Assembly: GCA_902801465.1 (NCBI GenBank)
Contig: CADCIH010000008.1
Location: 4,772-68,771, forward strand
From: an uncultured Bacteroidia bacterium
GTDB taxonomy: Bacteria; Bacteroidota; Bacteroidia; Bacteroidales; F082
Length of the DNA stretch: 64,000 nt
Direction: 5' to 3'
Under the pieces are notes generated by a model. That model was not told where the DNA came from. It saw only the letters and a program-made list of their open reading frames with translations, and did not search any database. A program made the position numbers and the translations under genes. This document shows, piece by piece, positions 45,542 through 55,475 of this stretch (its first letter is position 1; each line of letters opens with the position of its first letter).

Positions 45542-47104
45542 ATGCCTAACGATACCACTGTCACTAGACCGTTCTCCAATAATATGCAACGGAGAAGCCA
45601 ATCCACTCCCGAACAGCTTTTGGCCAGCCAGGGCCGGATACCACCCCAAGCCGTCGACCTTGAGGAGGTGGTTTTGGGCGCCTTGATGCTTGAGAAGGAA
45701 GCCGTCAACGAGGTGATTGACATCCTCACTCCCGAAGCTTTTTACAAGGAGGCCCACCAAAAGATCTTCAAGGCCATCAAGGACCTGTTCGGCAAGTCGG
45801 AGCCCATCGATATCCTCACCGTCACCAACGAGCTGAAGCAGAACGGCGAGCTGGAGGAAGTAGGTGGTGCCTATTACATCTCGAAGCTCACCAACCGAGT
45901 GGTCTCCGCAGCCAACATCGAGTATCACGCGCGTATCATCATGCAGAAGCATATCCAGCGCGAACTCATCGTGATCTCGTCACAGACCATCAGCAAGGCC
46001 TTTGAGGACACCACCGATGTGTTTGACCTGCTCGACGAGGCTGAGAACAGCCTCTTCCAGGTGAGCGAGAACAACCTGCGCCGCAGCTACAGCTCCATGC
46101 AGGACTTGGTGGGCAAGGCCATCACCGAGATCCAGAACGCCAAGAACAGCGACCAGAAGCTGCGCGGCGTGCCCTCGGGCTACACCGAGCTCGACCGCAT
46201 CACGCAAGGCTGGCAGAAGTCGGACCTCATCATCCTGGCCGCACGTCCCTCGATGGGTAAAACCGCTTTCGCCCTCAACTTGGCGCGCAACGCCGCCGTC
46301 GACTTCCATCGTCCGATAGCCTTCTTCTCCCTTGAGATGTCGTCGGTGCAGCTGGTCACCCGTCTGATCTCCACCGAGACCTCGCTCACTGCCGACAAGC
46401 TCCGTTCGGGCGATCTGGCCGAGCACGAGTGGCAGCAGCTCAACACCAAGGTGACACCCCTCGTCGACGCCCCGATCTATATCGACGACACCCCGCAGCT
46501 CTCCGTGTTCGAGCTCCGCGCCAAATGCCGTCGTCTGAAACAGCAACACGACATCCAAATGGTGTTCATCGACTACCTGCAGCTGATGACCGCCAAGACC
46601 GAACGTGGCGGCAACCGTGAGCAGGAGATCTCTACGATCTCCCGTTCGCTGAAAGCCCTCGCCAAGGAGCTGGAGATCCCCGTCCTGGCGCTGTCACAGC
46701 TGAGCCGTAACGTGGAGACCCGCCCCGGATCGAAGAAGCCCATCCTCTCCGACCTTCGTGAGTCGGGCGCCATCGAGCAAGACGCCGATATGGTGATGTT
46801 CATCTACCGTCCCGAATATTACAAAAACGAACAGGAGAACCCCGACCTGCCGCAAGGCTTCACCGTGATCGACATCGCCAAGCACCGTAACGGCAAGCTG
46901 GGTGAGGTCAACCTGAAGTTCGTGGGCCAGTACGCCCGCTTCGAGGAGTTCGGCCAAGAGCGCCTCGTCTCCGCCGAGGACATCACCCTGGGACCCAACC
47001 CCAACTTCAACAGCACACGCATCGTGAGTTCACGCATGAACGAGGATGAAGACACCTTCGGAGCTCGGCCAGGAGGGATAAGTGATGATTATCAACCATT
47101 TTAA
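45542..47104 (+). CDS. dnaB: Replicative DNA helicase
   Basis: IPPQAVDLEEVVLGALML (DnaB N-domain), Walker A AARPSMGKTAFALN, FIDYLQLM and ALSQLSR. Start set after the tacttttg box at about 45483. Confidence 0.95.
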   Translation: MPNDTTVTRPFSNNMQRRSQSTPEQLLASQGRIPPQAVDLEEVVLGALMLEKEAVNEVIDILTPEAFYKEAHQKIFKAIKDLFGKSEPIDILTVTNELKQNGELEEVGGAYYISKLTNRVVSAANIEYHARIIMQKHIQRELIVISSQTISKAFEDTTDVFDLLDEAENSLFQVSENNLRRSYSSMQDLVGKAITEIQNAKNSDQKLRGVPSGYTELDRITQGWQKSDLIILAARPSMGKTAFALNLARNAAVDFHRPIAFFSLEMSSVQLVTRLISTETSLTADKLRSGDLAEHEWQQLNTKVTPLVDAPIYIDDTPQLSVFELRAKCRRLKQQHDIQMVFIDYLQLMTAKTERGGNREQEISTISRSLKALAKELEIPVLALSQLSRNVETRPGSKKPILSDLRESGAIEQDADMVMFIYRPEYYKNEQENPDLPQGFTVIDIAKHRNGKLGEVNLKFVGQYARFEEFGQERLVSAEDITLGPNPNFNSTRIVSSRMNEDEDTFGARPGGISDDYQPF

Positions 47105-47134
47105 AGATAAAAGATAAGAGATAAAAGATAAAAG
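47103..47134. repeat. AGATAAA-type heptamer array
   Basis: aaagataaaagataagagataaaagataaaag, directly following or overlapping the dnaB TAA (47102-47104). Confidence 0.8.
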
Positions 47135-47216
47135 TTCGGGGTTTCCGAAAAAATTCCTATCTTTGCAGCCCCTAAGATAGGAATTTTATATTTATTTAAT
47201 TGAAATACAATCTTTT

Positions 47217-48155
47217 ATGAAGAAATTAGCTGTTATCGCTTTCGGTGGAAACGCCCTTTTAAGAGGCGGACAGAGAGGAACTTACCGCGAACAGATGGAA
47301 AATGTGACAGAGACCTGCAAGTCGCTGCTCCCCTTCCTGAAAAATGATTACAACCTGGTCATCGGCCACGGCAACGGTCCCCAAGTGGGCAACGTGATGC
47401 TTCAGAACGAGGCTGGCAACCAGGTGTTCAACGTGCCGGACATGCCCATCGACTTCTGCGTCGCCGAGACTCAGGGATTGATTGGCTTCATGATCGAGAT
47501 GGGTCTTGACAAGGTGTTTGCCAAGGAAGGCATGCGCCGCAACGTGGTTACCCTGGTGACCCAGGTCGTTGTCGACAAGGACGACCCGATGTTCCAGAAC
47601 CCCACCAAGCCCGTGGGTCCCTACTACACCAAAGAGCAGGCTGAGAAATACGCTGCCGAGACTGGCGCCGTGTACAAGGAAGACCCGAAAGGTCGCGGCT
47701 GGCGCAAGGTGGTGGCTTCACCCAAGCCCATCGGCATCCAGAACATCGACATCGTCAAGCGTCTCGCCGACGAGGGCAACATCGTGATCACCGTGGGTGG
47801 TGGCGGTATCCCCGTCATCGAGAAGAAAGGCTGCCTCTGTGGCGTCGAAGCCGTCATCGACAAGGACCTCGCTTCGGCCATGACCGCCATCCAGATCCAT
47901 GCCGACGAGTTCTACATCCTCACCGACGTGCCGAAGGTGTTCATCAACTTCCGCAAGGAGAACGAACAAGCCCTGAACACCATCACCGTGGCTGAAGCCA
48001 AGAAACACCTCGCCGACGGTCAGTTCACCGAAGGCAGCATGGCTCCGAAGGTCCGCGCCGCCATCCTCTTCGTGGAGGCTACCGGCCATCAGGCCATCAT
48101 CACCGAGGCCACCAGCCTCACCGACCCCGAATGCGGCACCCGTATCATCCCGTAA
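47217..48155 (+). CDS. arcC: Carbamate kinase
   Basis: AFGGNALL, GHGNGPQVG and C-terminal amino-acid-kinase fold motifs. A tatctttg box lies upstream. Confidence 0.9.
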   Translation: MKKLAVIAFGGNALLRGGQRGTYREQMENVTETCKSLLPFLKNDYNLVIGHGNGPQVGNVMLQNEAGNQVFNVPDMPIDFCVAETQGLIGFMIEMGLDKVFAKEGMRRNVVTLVTQVVVDKDDPMFQNPTKPVGPYYTKEQAEKYAAETGAVYKEDPKGRGWRKVVASPKPIGIQNIDIVKRLADEGNIVITVGGGGIPVIEKKGCLCGVEAVIDKDLASAMTAIQIHADEFYILTDVPKVFINFRKENEQALNTITVAEAKKHLADGQFTEGSMAPKVRAAILFVEATGHQAIITEATSLTDPECGTRIIP

Positions 48156-48168
48156 AACAATGTAAGCC

Positions 48169-48531
48169 ATGAAAAAAGGTTTGTTAATCACCGCCCTGAG
48201 CCTCATGATAGGCCTGGGCTTCACCGCCTGCAACGGCAAAGTCACGCTCACCGGAACCTGGATCGACCCCGGTGATGAAAACAGCGTGTATGGCGACACC
48301 GGCTTCTCCTTGGAGAAAGACGGCACCGCCACCTCCATCAACACCGGTTACGTGGAATACACCTCCTGGGAACACATCGGCGACCAGCTGATCCTCCATG
48401 GAAACTACAACGGCACCAACCCCCACACCTTCGCCGACACCATGTGGATCGACGAACTCACCGAAGACCATCTGGTGCTGAAAGACATGGGAAACTATTC
48501 AGTTACCTACCAGAGGAAAACGGAAAACTAG
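48169..48531 (+). CDS. Small lipoprotein (lipocalin-like domain)
   Basis: Lipobox GLGFTAC. GTWIDPG...SLEKDGTA... resembles lipocalin-like DUF proteins of Bacteroidales. Confidence 0.5.
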   Translation: MKKGLLITALSLMIGLGFTACNGKVTLTGTWIDPGDENSVYGDTGFSLEKDGTATSINTGYVEYTSWEHIGDQLILHGNYNGTNPHTFADTMWIDELTEDHLVLKDMGNYSVTYQRKTEN

Positions 48532-48682
48532 GAAACGGAGAACGGAAAACGGAAAAACGGAGAACTAACTTTAAGGGTTAAAGGTTAAGGCTGATATTCA
48601 TCTTCCCTACCTTTAACCCTTAACTTTTATCTTTTATCTTTTATCTTTTAACTTTTAACTTTTATCTCTTATCTTTTAACTT
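48514..48682. repeat. Composite heptamer element, an inverted copy of the one at 18594-18776
   Basis: (CGGARAA)n, then ttaagggttaaaggt (48571-48585), a 23-nt spacer, acctttaacccttaa (48609-48623), then (CTTTTAT)n. The spacer is about 20/23 identical to the reverse complement of the 18.6-kb copy. Confidence 0.9.
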
Positions 48683-51418
48683 CACTCTCCCAACTTCCCC
48701 TGCCCACAGTATGACCGAGGTGCCAAGGATGATTCGGAGCCAGTCGACGATGGGCAACGGCGTCACCTCGAACATCTCGCCGCCGAAGGTGACGATGAGG
48801 ATCTGGCCGATGAAGATGATGGCCAAGGTCAAGATGAAGCCCTGGGCGGAGCCTTTGGTGAACAGCCCCTTCAAGGCCGACTGACCGGTCATGAAGGCCT
48901 TGGCGTTAAAGATGTTCCAGAACTGCATGAACACGAAGATGGTAAAGAAGACCGTCAGCTCATAAGGGGTGATGCCAGTGGCATGGTCGAACATGAAGTA
49001 ATACCTAAAGAAATCCCCCAGCGAGAACTCCGAAAGCGACTGGAGGTCGACGTGCTTGAAGTATTGGAAGAAGCCGAACAGCACCACCACGAAGGTCAGA
49101 CCCACGCCCATGATGCGATTGAGCATAGGCTTGTTGATGATATAAGCCTTGCGGTTACGGGGCTTCTCGTACATCACGTTCTTGTCGGGTGGCAGTGAGG
49201 CCAAGGCCAGTGCCGCGAGGGTGTCCATGATGAGGTTCACCCACAGCATCTGGGTGACGGTCAGGGGCGACTCGGTGCCCAGGATGGAGCCGATCAGCAC
49301 GATGAGGCATGCTGCCACGTTGATGGTCATCTGGAACAAGATGAAACGCTGGATGTTATGGTACAGCGAGCGCCCCCAGGTGACGGCGCGGGCGATGCTT
49401 TGGAACGAGTTGTCGAGGATGGTGATGTCGCTGGCTTCCTTGGCCACGCTGGTGCCGTCGCCCATCGAGAGGCCTATCTGGGCTGCATTCAAGGCAGGCG
49501 CGTCGTTGGTGCCGTCGCCGGTCACCGCCACCACCTCGCCTTTCTGTTGCAAGAGCTTCACAAGGCGTTCCTTGTCCATGGGCCGTGCCCGTGACATGAT
49601 CTTGATGTCACCCACACGTCCGAGCAGCTCCTCGTCGCTCATGTGGCCGAACTCCTTTCCCGTGATCATGTTTACCTCTTCGGTGTCTTCTTCGGTCCAC
49701 AGACCTATCTGACGACCAATCTCCTTGGCGGTGGCCGAGGTGTCGCCTGTGACGATCTTCACCTTGATGCCGGCTGAGAGACAGTCTTGGATGGCGGCGG
49801 GCACGTCCTCGCGCACCGGATCGGCGATGGCCACGGTACCCAGATAGCAGAGGTCGAAGACAGCAAGTTTCTCACCGTCGAACATGGCTTCAACCTCGTT
49901 CTTTTTAAGATAGCGATAGGCAAAGCCCAGGGTGCGCATTGCCTGGCTCTGGCATTTGAGCAGATGTTGCTCCACTGACTCCAGATGCGATTCCATGGAG
50001 GTCTCCCCTTCTTCCATTCGGATCTTGGAGCAGTGTTTCAGTACTATCTCAGGGGCGCCTTTCACGTAGAGCAGCACGACCTCCAGGTCATCGGTGCCGA
50101 CCACGGTAGCCATGAACTTGTATTTCGTGGAGAAGGGCATCTGCTTGACGATGCGGGTATGGTCGCGGTAGCTGATGTAGTCGATGTTTTGTTTGAAGAG
50201 CCACGACAGCAAGGCGGCTTCGGTGGGGTTGCCCACGGCCTTGGCTTCTTTCTTGTCGGTGAAGTCGAGGAATGCCGTCGAGTTCATGGCGATACCCTCT
50301 TTTATTAATAATGAAGTCTGCGACTCGTCGAGGTGACTGTCGTGCAGTCCGTATATCTTGAACTCGTTCACGCTCATGCGGTTTTGCGTGAGGGTGCCTG
50401 TCTTGTCGGTACAGATCACCGTGGAGGCGCCCATGGTCTCGCAGGCGTGCATCTTACGCACCAGGTTGTTGGTTTCCAGCATGCGGTGCATGCTTAGTGC
50501 GAGGCTGAGGGTGATGCTCATCGGGAGGCCTTCGGGGACGGCGACCACGATCAAGGTGATGGCGATCATGATGGTGTTGAGCACATATCGCAGGAAGTCG
50601 AGCCATTCGAAGGGTGTCCCGTCGCCTGTGACGAAGTACATCAGGACACGGAACCCGATGATGAGTCCCGCGATGATGTAGCTCGCCACTGTAATGGTAT
50701 GACCGAGACGGTCGAGTTGTTCGTTAAGCGGCGTCTTCACCTTATTGTCGATCTGCGCTCCGCTATATACTTTACCCCATTCGGTGGCGTCGCCGACGCG
50801 TTCCGCCACGAAGATGCCGTTGCCGTCGATGACGGTGCAGCCACGGCAGACGTAGTTGGAGGGATAGGTGGCCTCATGGTCGAACTCCTCTTCCCTCACC
50901 GTCTTACGCGCCATCGGCTCGCCTGTCAGGGTTGATTCATTAATCTGCAGTGATATCGCCTCGAACAAGGTGCCGTCGGCAGGGATCTCGTCGCCGGGGT
51001 TGATGAACACCACGTCGCCCACCACCACGTCCTTGCGTTCGATCTGGGTGATGAGTCCGTCGCGGAGCACGGTCACCTTCTCCTCGTCCTTGGCTTGGTT
51101 GAGGATGTCGAATTTTTTGTTGGCGCTGAGTTCAAAGAGGAATCCCACTGTGGTAGCCAGCATGACGGCGATGAAGATTCCGAGAGGTTCCAGCAGCACG
51201 CTCCGGCCTGCCATGCCCATGAAATACTGGTACAGCGACACCGCCACCGACAGGGCCAGGGCGATGAGCAGGATGCGTATGATGGGGTCTTTGAATTTTT
51301 CAAGAAACTGTTTCCAAACCGGCTCCTTCTCAGGAGGTGTGAGGGTGTTGGAACCGTGTTCCGCACGACTTTTTTCAACTTGCTCGGCGGTGAGGCCTTT
51401 CCGATATTCCCTTTCCAT
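48662..51418 (-). CDS. P-type Ca2+-transporting ATPase (type II)
   Basis: Phosphorylation site ICTDKTGTLT, VAVPEGLP, hinge VTGDGTNDAPAL, and about 10 TM helices. Confidence 0.9.
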   Translation of the reverse strand: MEREYRKGLTAEQVEKSRAEHGSNTLTPPEKEPVWKQFLEKFKDPIIRILLIALALSVAVSLYQYFMGMAGRSVLLEPLGIFIAVMLATTVGFLFELSANKKFDILNQAKDEEKVTVLRDGLITQIERKDVVVGDVVFINPGDEIPADGTLFEAISLQINESTLTGEPMARKTVREEEFDHEATYPSNYVCRGCTVIDGNGIFVAERVGDATEWGKVYSGAQIDNKVKTPLNEQLDRLGHTITVASYIIAGLIIGFRVLMYFVTGDGTPFEWLDFLRYVLNTIMIAITLIVVAVPEGLPMSITLSLALSMHRMLETNNLVRKMHACETMGASTVICTDKTGTLTQNRMSVNEFKIYGLHDSHLDESQTSLLIKEGIAMNSTAFLDFTDKKEAKAVGNPTEAALLSWLFKQNIDYISYRDHTRIVKQMPFSTKYKFMATVVGTDDLEVVLLYVKGAPEIVLKHCSKIRMEEGETSMESHLESVEQHLLKCQSQAMRTLGFAYRYLKKNEVEAMFDGEKLAVFDLCYLGTVAIADPVREDVPAAIQDCLSAGIKVKIVTGDTSATAKEIGRQIGLWTEEDTEEVNMITGKEFGHMSDEELLGRVGDIKIMSRARPMDKERLVKLLQQKGEVVAVTGDGTNDAPALNAAQIGLSMGDGTSVAKEASDITILDNSFQSIARAVTWGRSLYHNIQRFILFQMTINVAACLIVLIGSILGTESPLTVTQMLWVNLIMDTLAALALASLPPDKNVMYEKPRNRKAYIINKPMLNRIMGVGLTFVVVLFGFFQYFKHVDLQSLSEFSLGDFFRYYFMFDHATGITPYELTVFFTIFVFMQFWNIFNAKAFMTGQSALKGLFTKGSAQGFILTLAIIFIGQILIVTFGGEMFEVTPLPIVDWLRIILGTSVILWAGEVGRVKLKDKR

Positions 51419-51442
51419 GGTTGCTTGTTTTTATCATTTTTT

Positions 51443-51458
51443 TAACTTTGCAAAATTA
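51443..51458. promoter_or_regulatory. Abutting back-to-back -7 boxes of divergent promoters
   Basis: TAACTTTG (plus strand, 51443-51450) is directly joined to CAAAATTA (TAATTTTG on the minus strand, 51451-51458). Confidence 0.5.
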
Positions 51459-51484
51459 TAAAGACAACCATTACGAGTTCGAGA

Positions 51485-51500
51485 GTTGCAACGTTGCAAC
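51485..51500. promoter_or_regulatory. Perfect 16-nt palindrome GTTGCAACGTTGCAAC in the 5' leader of the TerB-like gene
   Basis: Direct read. Each 8-mer and the whole 16-mer are self-complementary. Confidence 0.5.
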
Positions 51501-51518
51501 CCTATTTTTTCGACTGTT

Positions 51519-52829
51519 ATGACCTTCAAGGAAAACGCTAAAACCGCCATTGCCAAGGTGTTATCCGACCTCATCCAGAGCGACGGCATCGTCAATCAGG
51601 GTGAGATCCGATATCTTCGCGAGGCTTTTGCGTCGATGAGGATCGAGGACAGCCACCTGAAGAAGTCGGTCGGCATGACCCTCGCCGAGGCGGTCACGAT
51701 TCTCAAGGCCTGCGGTCCTGCCGAGAAGCAGGCCATCCGCAAGCATATCGAGCGTCTCTCGGGTGCTGACGGCAACGTGAACCCCAGTGAGACGCTTCTC
51801 ATTGCAGCCTTGACCTTATCCATTGGAGCGGTGAGTGAGGAAGTCCCTTCGTTGAAGGCCGACCTCATCTCCATACCCGGGCTGAGTTTCGACACGCGCG
51901 ACACCGTATTATATGTGGAGTCGGAGGTCGACCGCAAGACCAACCGCTCCATCGTTAAGGAATACGACGGGCTCTGCCAACTCCTCGAGCAGCGAGGCTT
52001 GAAGTTCTTTTACCTTCCTGCCTTCATGAAGTCGTTGAAGGGCAACACACGCACCTTGAAGCAGACCTTGCGTTATCTGGAGCCTTTGCTCTCCGACGAG
52101 CAGATGCAGCTCATCGTACACGACATGAGGCGCATCGACACCCCGATGTTGTCGAAGGAGATCTTTCTCAACTATTTGAATTCGAGAGGTTTCAACTTAG
52201 ACCACCCGTCTTTTTTGTTCAAGATCGAGAACCAGAAGGCCAGTCACTGCCAGGATTTCCTGCTCTTGCATGTCGATGCTGTGAGTCCGTTAAAGACATT
52301 GCAGGAGTTCTTCGCTTACAACGACAAGTTGTTGCTTTTGCCAGAGGCCGAGCCTGTTGAGGACCAGTTGGAATACACCGGCTTGCACAAGATTGTGATC
52401 GACACCATCCTCAAGTACCACAGCGCCGATGGGTTGAGTCGGTTGCTCATCGACGAGAGGGGGCGTTTGTTCTTGCTTGACAGGAACCGTGCTGAGGTCA
52501 AGATGCAGTCGCTGGCACGGGCGTTATACATACTCTATCTCCGCCACGAGGAGGGCATTGCCCTCACTGAGTTGTGCGACCATCGCGACGAGTTGTTAGC
52601 CATTTATTCCACGGTGTCCGACTTCACCAACGCCGAGCGTTTGGCTGGCACCGTCGACAATCTCGTCAATTTTGTGGGGAGCACGATTAATCCTCTGCTG
52701 TCGCGTATCAGGCGGGCTTTCACCGCTTTGTTGGGCGATCAGGCCAAGGACTATCTCATTGAAGGGGATGTCCGTGACCGGAAGAAGATCAACCTGTCAC
52801 GGACTTTGGTGATTGACAACCTGCGTTAA
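51519..52829 (+). CDS. Protein with an N-terminal TerB-like domain
   Basis: Start set at the ATG at 51519 (MTFKENAK), because the ORF-track start is a TTG inside the palindrome. The N-terminal IAKVLSDLIQSDGIVNQGEIRYLRE...LSGADGNVNPSETLLIAAL matches the TerB/DjlA-type helical repeat. The remaining 330 or so aa are unassigned. Confidence 0.55.
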   Translation: MTFKENAKTAIAKVLSDLIQSDGIVNQGEIRYLREAFASMRIEDSHLKKSVGMTLAEAVTILKACGPAEKQAIRKHIERLSGADGNVNPSETLLIAALTLSIGAVSEEVPSLKADLISIPGLSFDTRDTVLYVESEVDRKTNRSIVKEYDGLCQLLEQRGLKFFYLPAFMKSLKGNTRTLKQTLRYLEPLLSDEQMQLIVHDMRRIDTPMLSKEIFLNYLNSRGFNLDHPSFLFKIENQKASHCQDFLLLHVDAVSPLKTLQEFFAYNDKLLLLPEAEPVEDQLEYTGLHKIVIDTILKYHSADGLSRLLIDERGRLFLLDRNRAEVKMQSLARALYILYLRHEEGIALTELCDHRDELLAIYSTVSDFTNAERLAGTVDNLVNFVGSTINPLLSRIRRAFTALLGDQAKDYLIEGDVRDRKKINLSRTLVIDNLR

Positions 52830-53599
52830 GCCTGTTGATTGCCGAGGAGGAAGGTGACGTCGGTGTTCGGTTCGATTTCGACGGCTTCCTTGCCATATTG
52901 CATCACGATCATCTTCTTACCGCCTTTGAGCATCATCTTGCCGTCGGTGATCCACAGTGAGGTAGCCTCACGGAGTCCGACCACCACCATCTGTTGGTTG
53001 ACGGCGAGGTATTCGTTGATACGGTCTTGGCGTGTCTCTCCCCCGTGTTTGATCATCTTGTCGATTTCCGGATGCGGGTCGAGGTAATGCGGGTTGATTT
53101 GGAACGGCACCAGGTTGAGGGTTTTGAACGAGGCCGGTTGCACGATAGGCATGTCGTTGGTGGTGCAGAGTGTCGGGCAGGCCACGTTGCTTCCGGCGCT
53201 CCATCCGATGTAGGGTGTGCCTGCGAGGGCGCGTTCGCGGATGGCGTCCATGAGGCCGTATTTATGCATCTCGGCGACCAGGTGGAAGGTGTTGCCTCCG
53301 CCCACCACGATGAGGTCGGCTTCACGGACGGCTTTCACTTTGTCGTCGTAGTGGTGTACTGAGGTGAAGTTATTGAATCCGAATTTCTCGAAGAACACTT
53401 TCTGGACGCGGGCTTCGTAGGCGTCGTAGCTGTCGGGATAGGCTTTTCCAGCGATGTTGACGCCGGCGAAGGGCACGAAGATGATGCGGCTGTCTTTGTT
53501 AAGGTTGTTTTGCAGGCAGAAGAATTCTATTTGGTTGCATGCCCAGGCGAGGTAGGTTTCCCCGAAGTTGGTGGAGTTGCTGATCAATAAGAGTCTCAT
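52826..53599 (-). CDS. pepE: Dipeptidase E (S51 peptidase)
   Basis: MRLLLISNST, VGGGNTFHL and GWSAGSNV (nucleophile context). Confidence 0.8.
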   Translation of the reverse strand: MRLLLISNSTNFGETYLAWACNQIEFFCLQNNLNKDSRIIFVPFAGVNIAGKAYPDSYDAYEARVQKVFFEKFGFNNFTSVHHYDDKVKAVREADLIVVGGGNTFHLVAEMHKYGLMDAIRERALAGTPYIGWSAGSNVACPTLCTTNDMPIVQPASFKTLNLVPFQINPHYLDPHPEIDKMIKHGGETRQDRINEYLAVNQQMVVVGLREATSLWITDGKMMLKGGKKMIVMQYGKEAVEIEPNTDVTFLLGNQQA

Positions 53600-53611
53600 A
53601 ACAATATTTTT

Positions 53612-54412
53612 TTATTCATTAATCTTGTAATAGGTAGTCGTTTCGGTGTCATCGATACGTTCGATGCGTTTGTTATCGACGTAGGTATAGGTGGTGATGG
53701 TGTTCGGCCAGTCTTCACCGAAGCTCAGTATTTTCTTGGCGAGGCGTCCTTCGGTGTCGTATTCATACGATTCCTTGTAGCTGAATTGGATATCGATGTC
53801 TTCCGGGTCGATCAGGTCGGTGGCGTATGACACTATTTCGACGAGTCGGTATCCTGTCGGGGTAGCTTCATAGCGTTTACGGGTGTATGATGTCATGGGT
53901 ATTTCCGATTCCTCTTCATACTGTTCCATTTGGTCTTCTTCGATGTCTTCCCAGAATATTTCTTCGACAAATTCTTGGGTGAGGGTGTCGTAGCGGCATT
54001 CGTCGTCGAGGAAATAGGTGATTTGTTTGATATAGTAGAAGCTTGGGGCTCCGTCGATGGTTTCGTTGCCTTCGCCTATTCTCACTTTACCGTTGTATTC
54101 AAAGGTAAGTCCATGGTAGTGGTCGGAGCCTGAGTTGATCCATGTCTCGGTAGCTGCCAGGCGGTCATCGAGGTCATAGTAATCAGTGGTGGAGCCTTCG
54201 AGGTTGTCTTCGCTAGGCAGGTCTTCTTTGATGATGTTCCTACCCTCTTCCCATTCTTGGTAGGTCCATTTCGAGATGGTGTCGCCATCTTGGTCGACCT
54301 CATAGAGGGGGCTATCCCAGTCGACGTTCAGTTTGTTTTCTTTAGGATTGTTGTTGCAGGCGGTCAGCATGAGTGCGAAGGCTGCGAGGAAAAGTGGAAA
54401 AGAGTGTTTCAT
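53612..54412 (-). CDS. Lipoprotein of unknown function
   Basis: Start set at MKHSFPLFLAAFALMLTAC (lipobox). A tatctttg box at about 54431-54443 lies within the longer ORF-track extension. Confidence 0.55.
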   Translation of the reverse strand: MKHSFPLFLAAFALMLTACNNNPKENKLNVDWDSPLYEVDQDGDTISKWTYQEWEEGRNIIKEDLPSEDNLEGSTTDYYDLDDRLAATETWINSGSDHYHGLTFEYNGKVRIGEGNETIDGAPSFYYIKQITYFLDDECRYDTLTQEFVEEIFWEDIEEDQMEQYEEESEIPMTSYTRKRYEATPTGYRLVEIVSYATDLIDPEDIDIQFSYKESYEYDTEGRLAKKILSFGEDWPNTITTYTYVDNKRIERIDDTETTTYYKINE

Positions 54413-54470
54413 GGCTTTGCTATTCTTGTTGGAATGCAAAGATATGAAAAAAACGAGAAAAGAAAGAAAA

Positions 54471-54914
54471 TCATGCTGCTGGCATCATGGTTTCGCAGCG
54501 GTCGATAATCTTATTGGCGACTTCGAAGCCTGAATCGCATAGGGCTTTGGTAGGAATTCCGTCGTAATTCATATAGAGGAGGATGGTTTCATAGCCCATG
54601 TTAAGCCAATAAAGCAGTTTTTTGTCGCGTTTTGCTACGGCTTCCTGATAAGCTTCGATATGGACTCTGGTGCGGCGGTCTTCTCTGACGTGAAACACTC
54701 CATCCAGTGCCATAAGGACACCGAGCCACAGGTAGTTTCCGGCGGCGCGGACATATTTTTCATCTTCATATTGGAAACCCTCGTCATCGAGTTTTCCCCG
54801 TTCTTCAAGAATCTCCCGGGCATTGTCAACATACCGTCTAGCCTCTTTGATAGGTTCTCTTTTTTTCATTGGGGTAAGTGGTTTGGTCCGGCTAAGGTAA
54901 GTCTTTTTTTTCAT
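54471..54914 (-). CDS. DUF5618-like protein
   Basis: PIKEARRYVDNAREILEERG...KYVRAAGNYLWLGVLMALDG resembles the DUF5618 family (from memory). A tatctttg box lies at about 54972. Confidence 0.4.
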   Translation of the reverse strand: MKKKTYLSRTKPLTPMKKREPIKEARRYVDNAREILEERGKLDDEGFQYEDEKYVRAAGNYLWLGVLMALDGVFHVREDRRTRVHIEAYQEAVAKRDKKLLYWLNMGYETILLYMNYDGIPTKALCDSGFEVANKIIDRCETMMPAA

Positions 54915-55162
54915 CGTTAGAGTGTTTTCATTGTTTTCGCCGTTTTGAATGGCTGGGGCATGTCCGTGTTTTACAAATTACGCTGCAAAGATATGGAAAT
55001 CTTTTTTAATCCCGCAAGTGTTTTTTGATTTATTTTTAATATTTTATTAAATTTAAATCTATATTACAAATAATGAATTAGTTATAATTCTAATTAATTC
55101 AAATATTCAGAATATTTCAATAATGACATATCCCGAAAAAGGTTGACTTGTACCCTTCCATA

Positions 55163-55309
55163 AAAATCATGCTGCTGGCATCATGGTTTCGCAGCGGTCG
55201 ATAATCTTATTGGCGACTTCGAAACCTGAATCGCATAGAGCTTTGGTAGGAATTCCGTCGTACTTCATATAGAGGTGGATGGTTTCATAGCCCATGTTAA
55301 GCCAATAAA
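55163..55309 (-). pseudogene. Orphan 3' fragment of a second DUF5618-like gene copy
   Basis: About 146 bp are near-identical to 54467-54612 (offset 696 bp, a few mismatches). The 5' part of the gene is absent. Confidence 0.7.
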
Positions 55310-55475
55310 ACATAACCGACTCTCCTTTGCCATTTTCTCATTTTTCGTTTCCAGTATTGCTCCCCAAAGTGTCAACTTTTTCTAGGTTAAGACAGTCTGT
55401 AAAGTTTAAGCCTTGACCGCCAGTTTTGATCTGTCGGTCAAGGCTATAAATTAAGTTATTTCTTCTCAGAAACCC

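Noticed and set aside
55410-55445. Hairpin gccttgaccg...cggtcaaggc downstream of the last gene of the kinase operon, considered as a terminator.
   Set aside because: The stem is good but no U-run follows it on the transcribed (minus) strand, so it is not reported as a feature.
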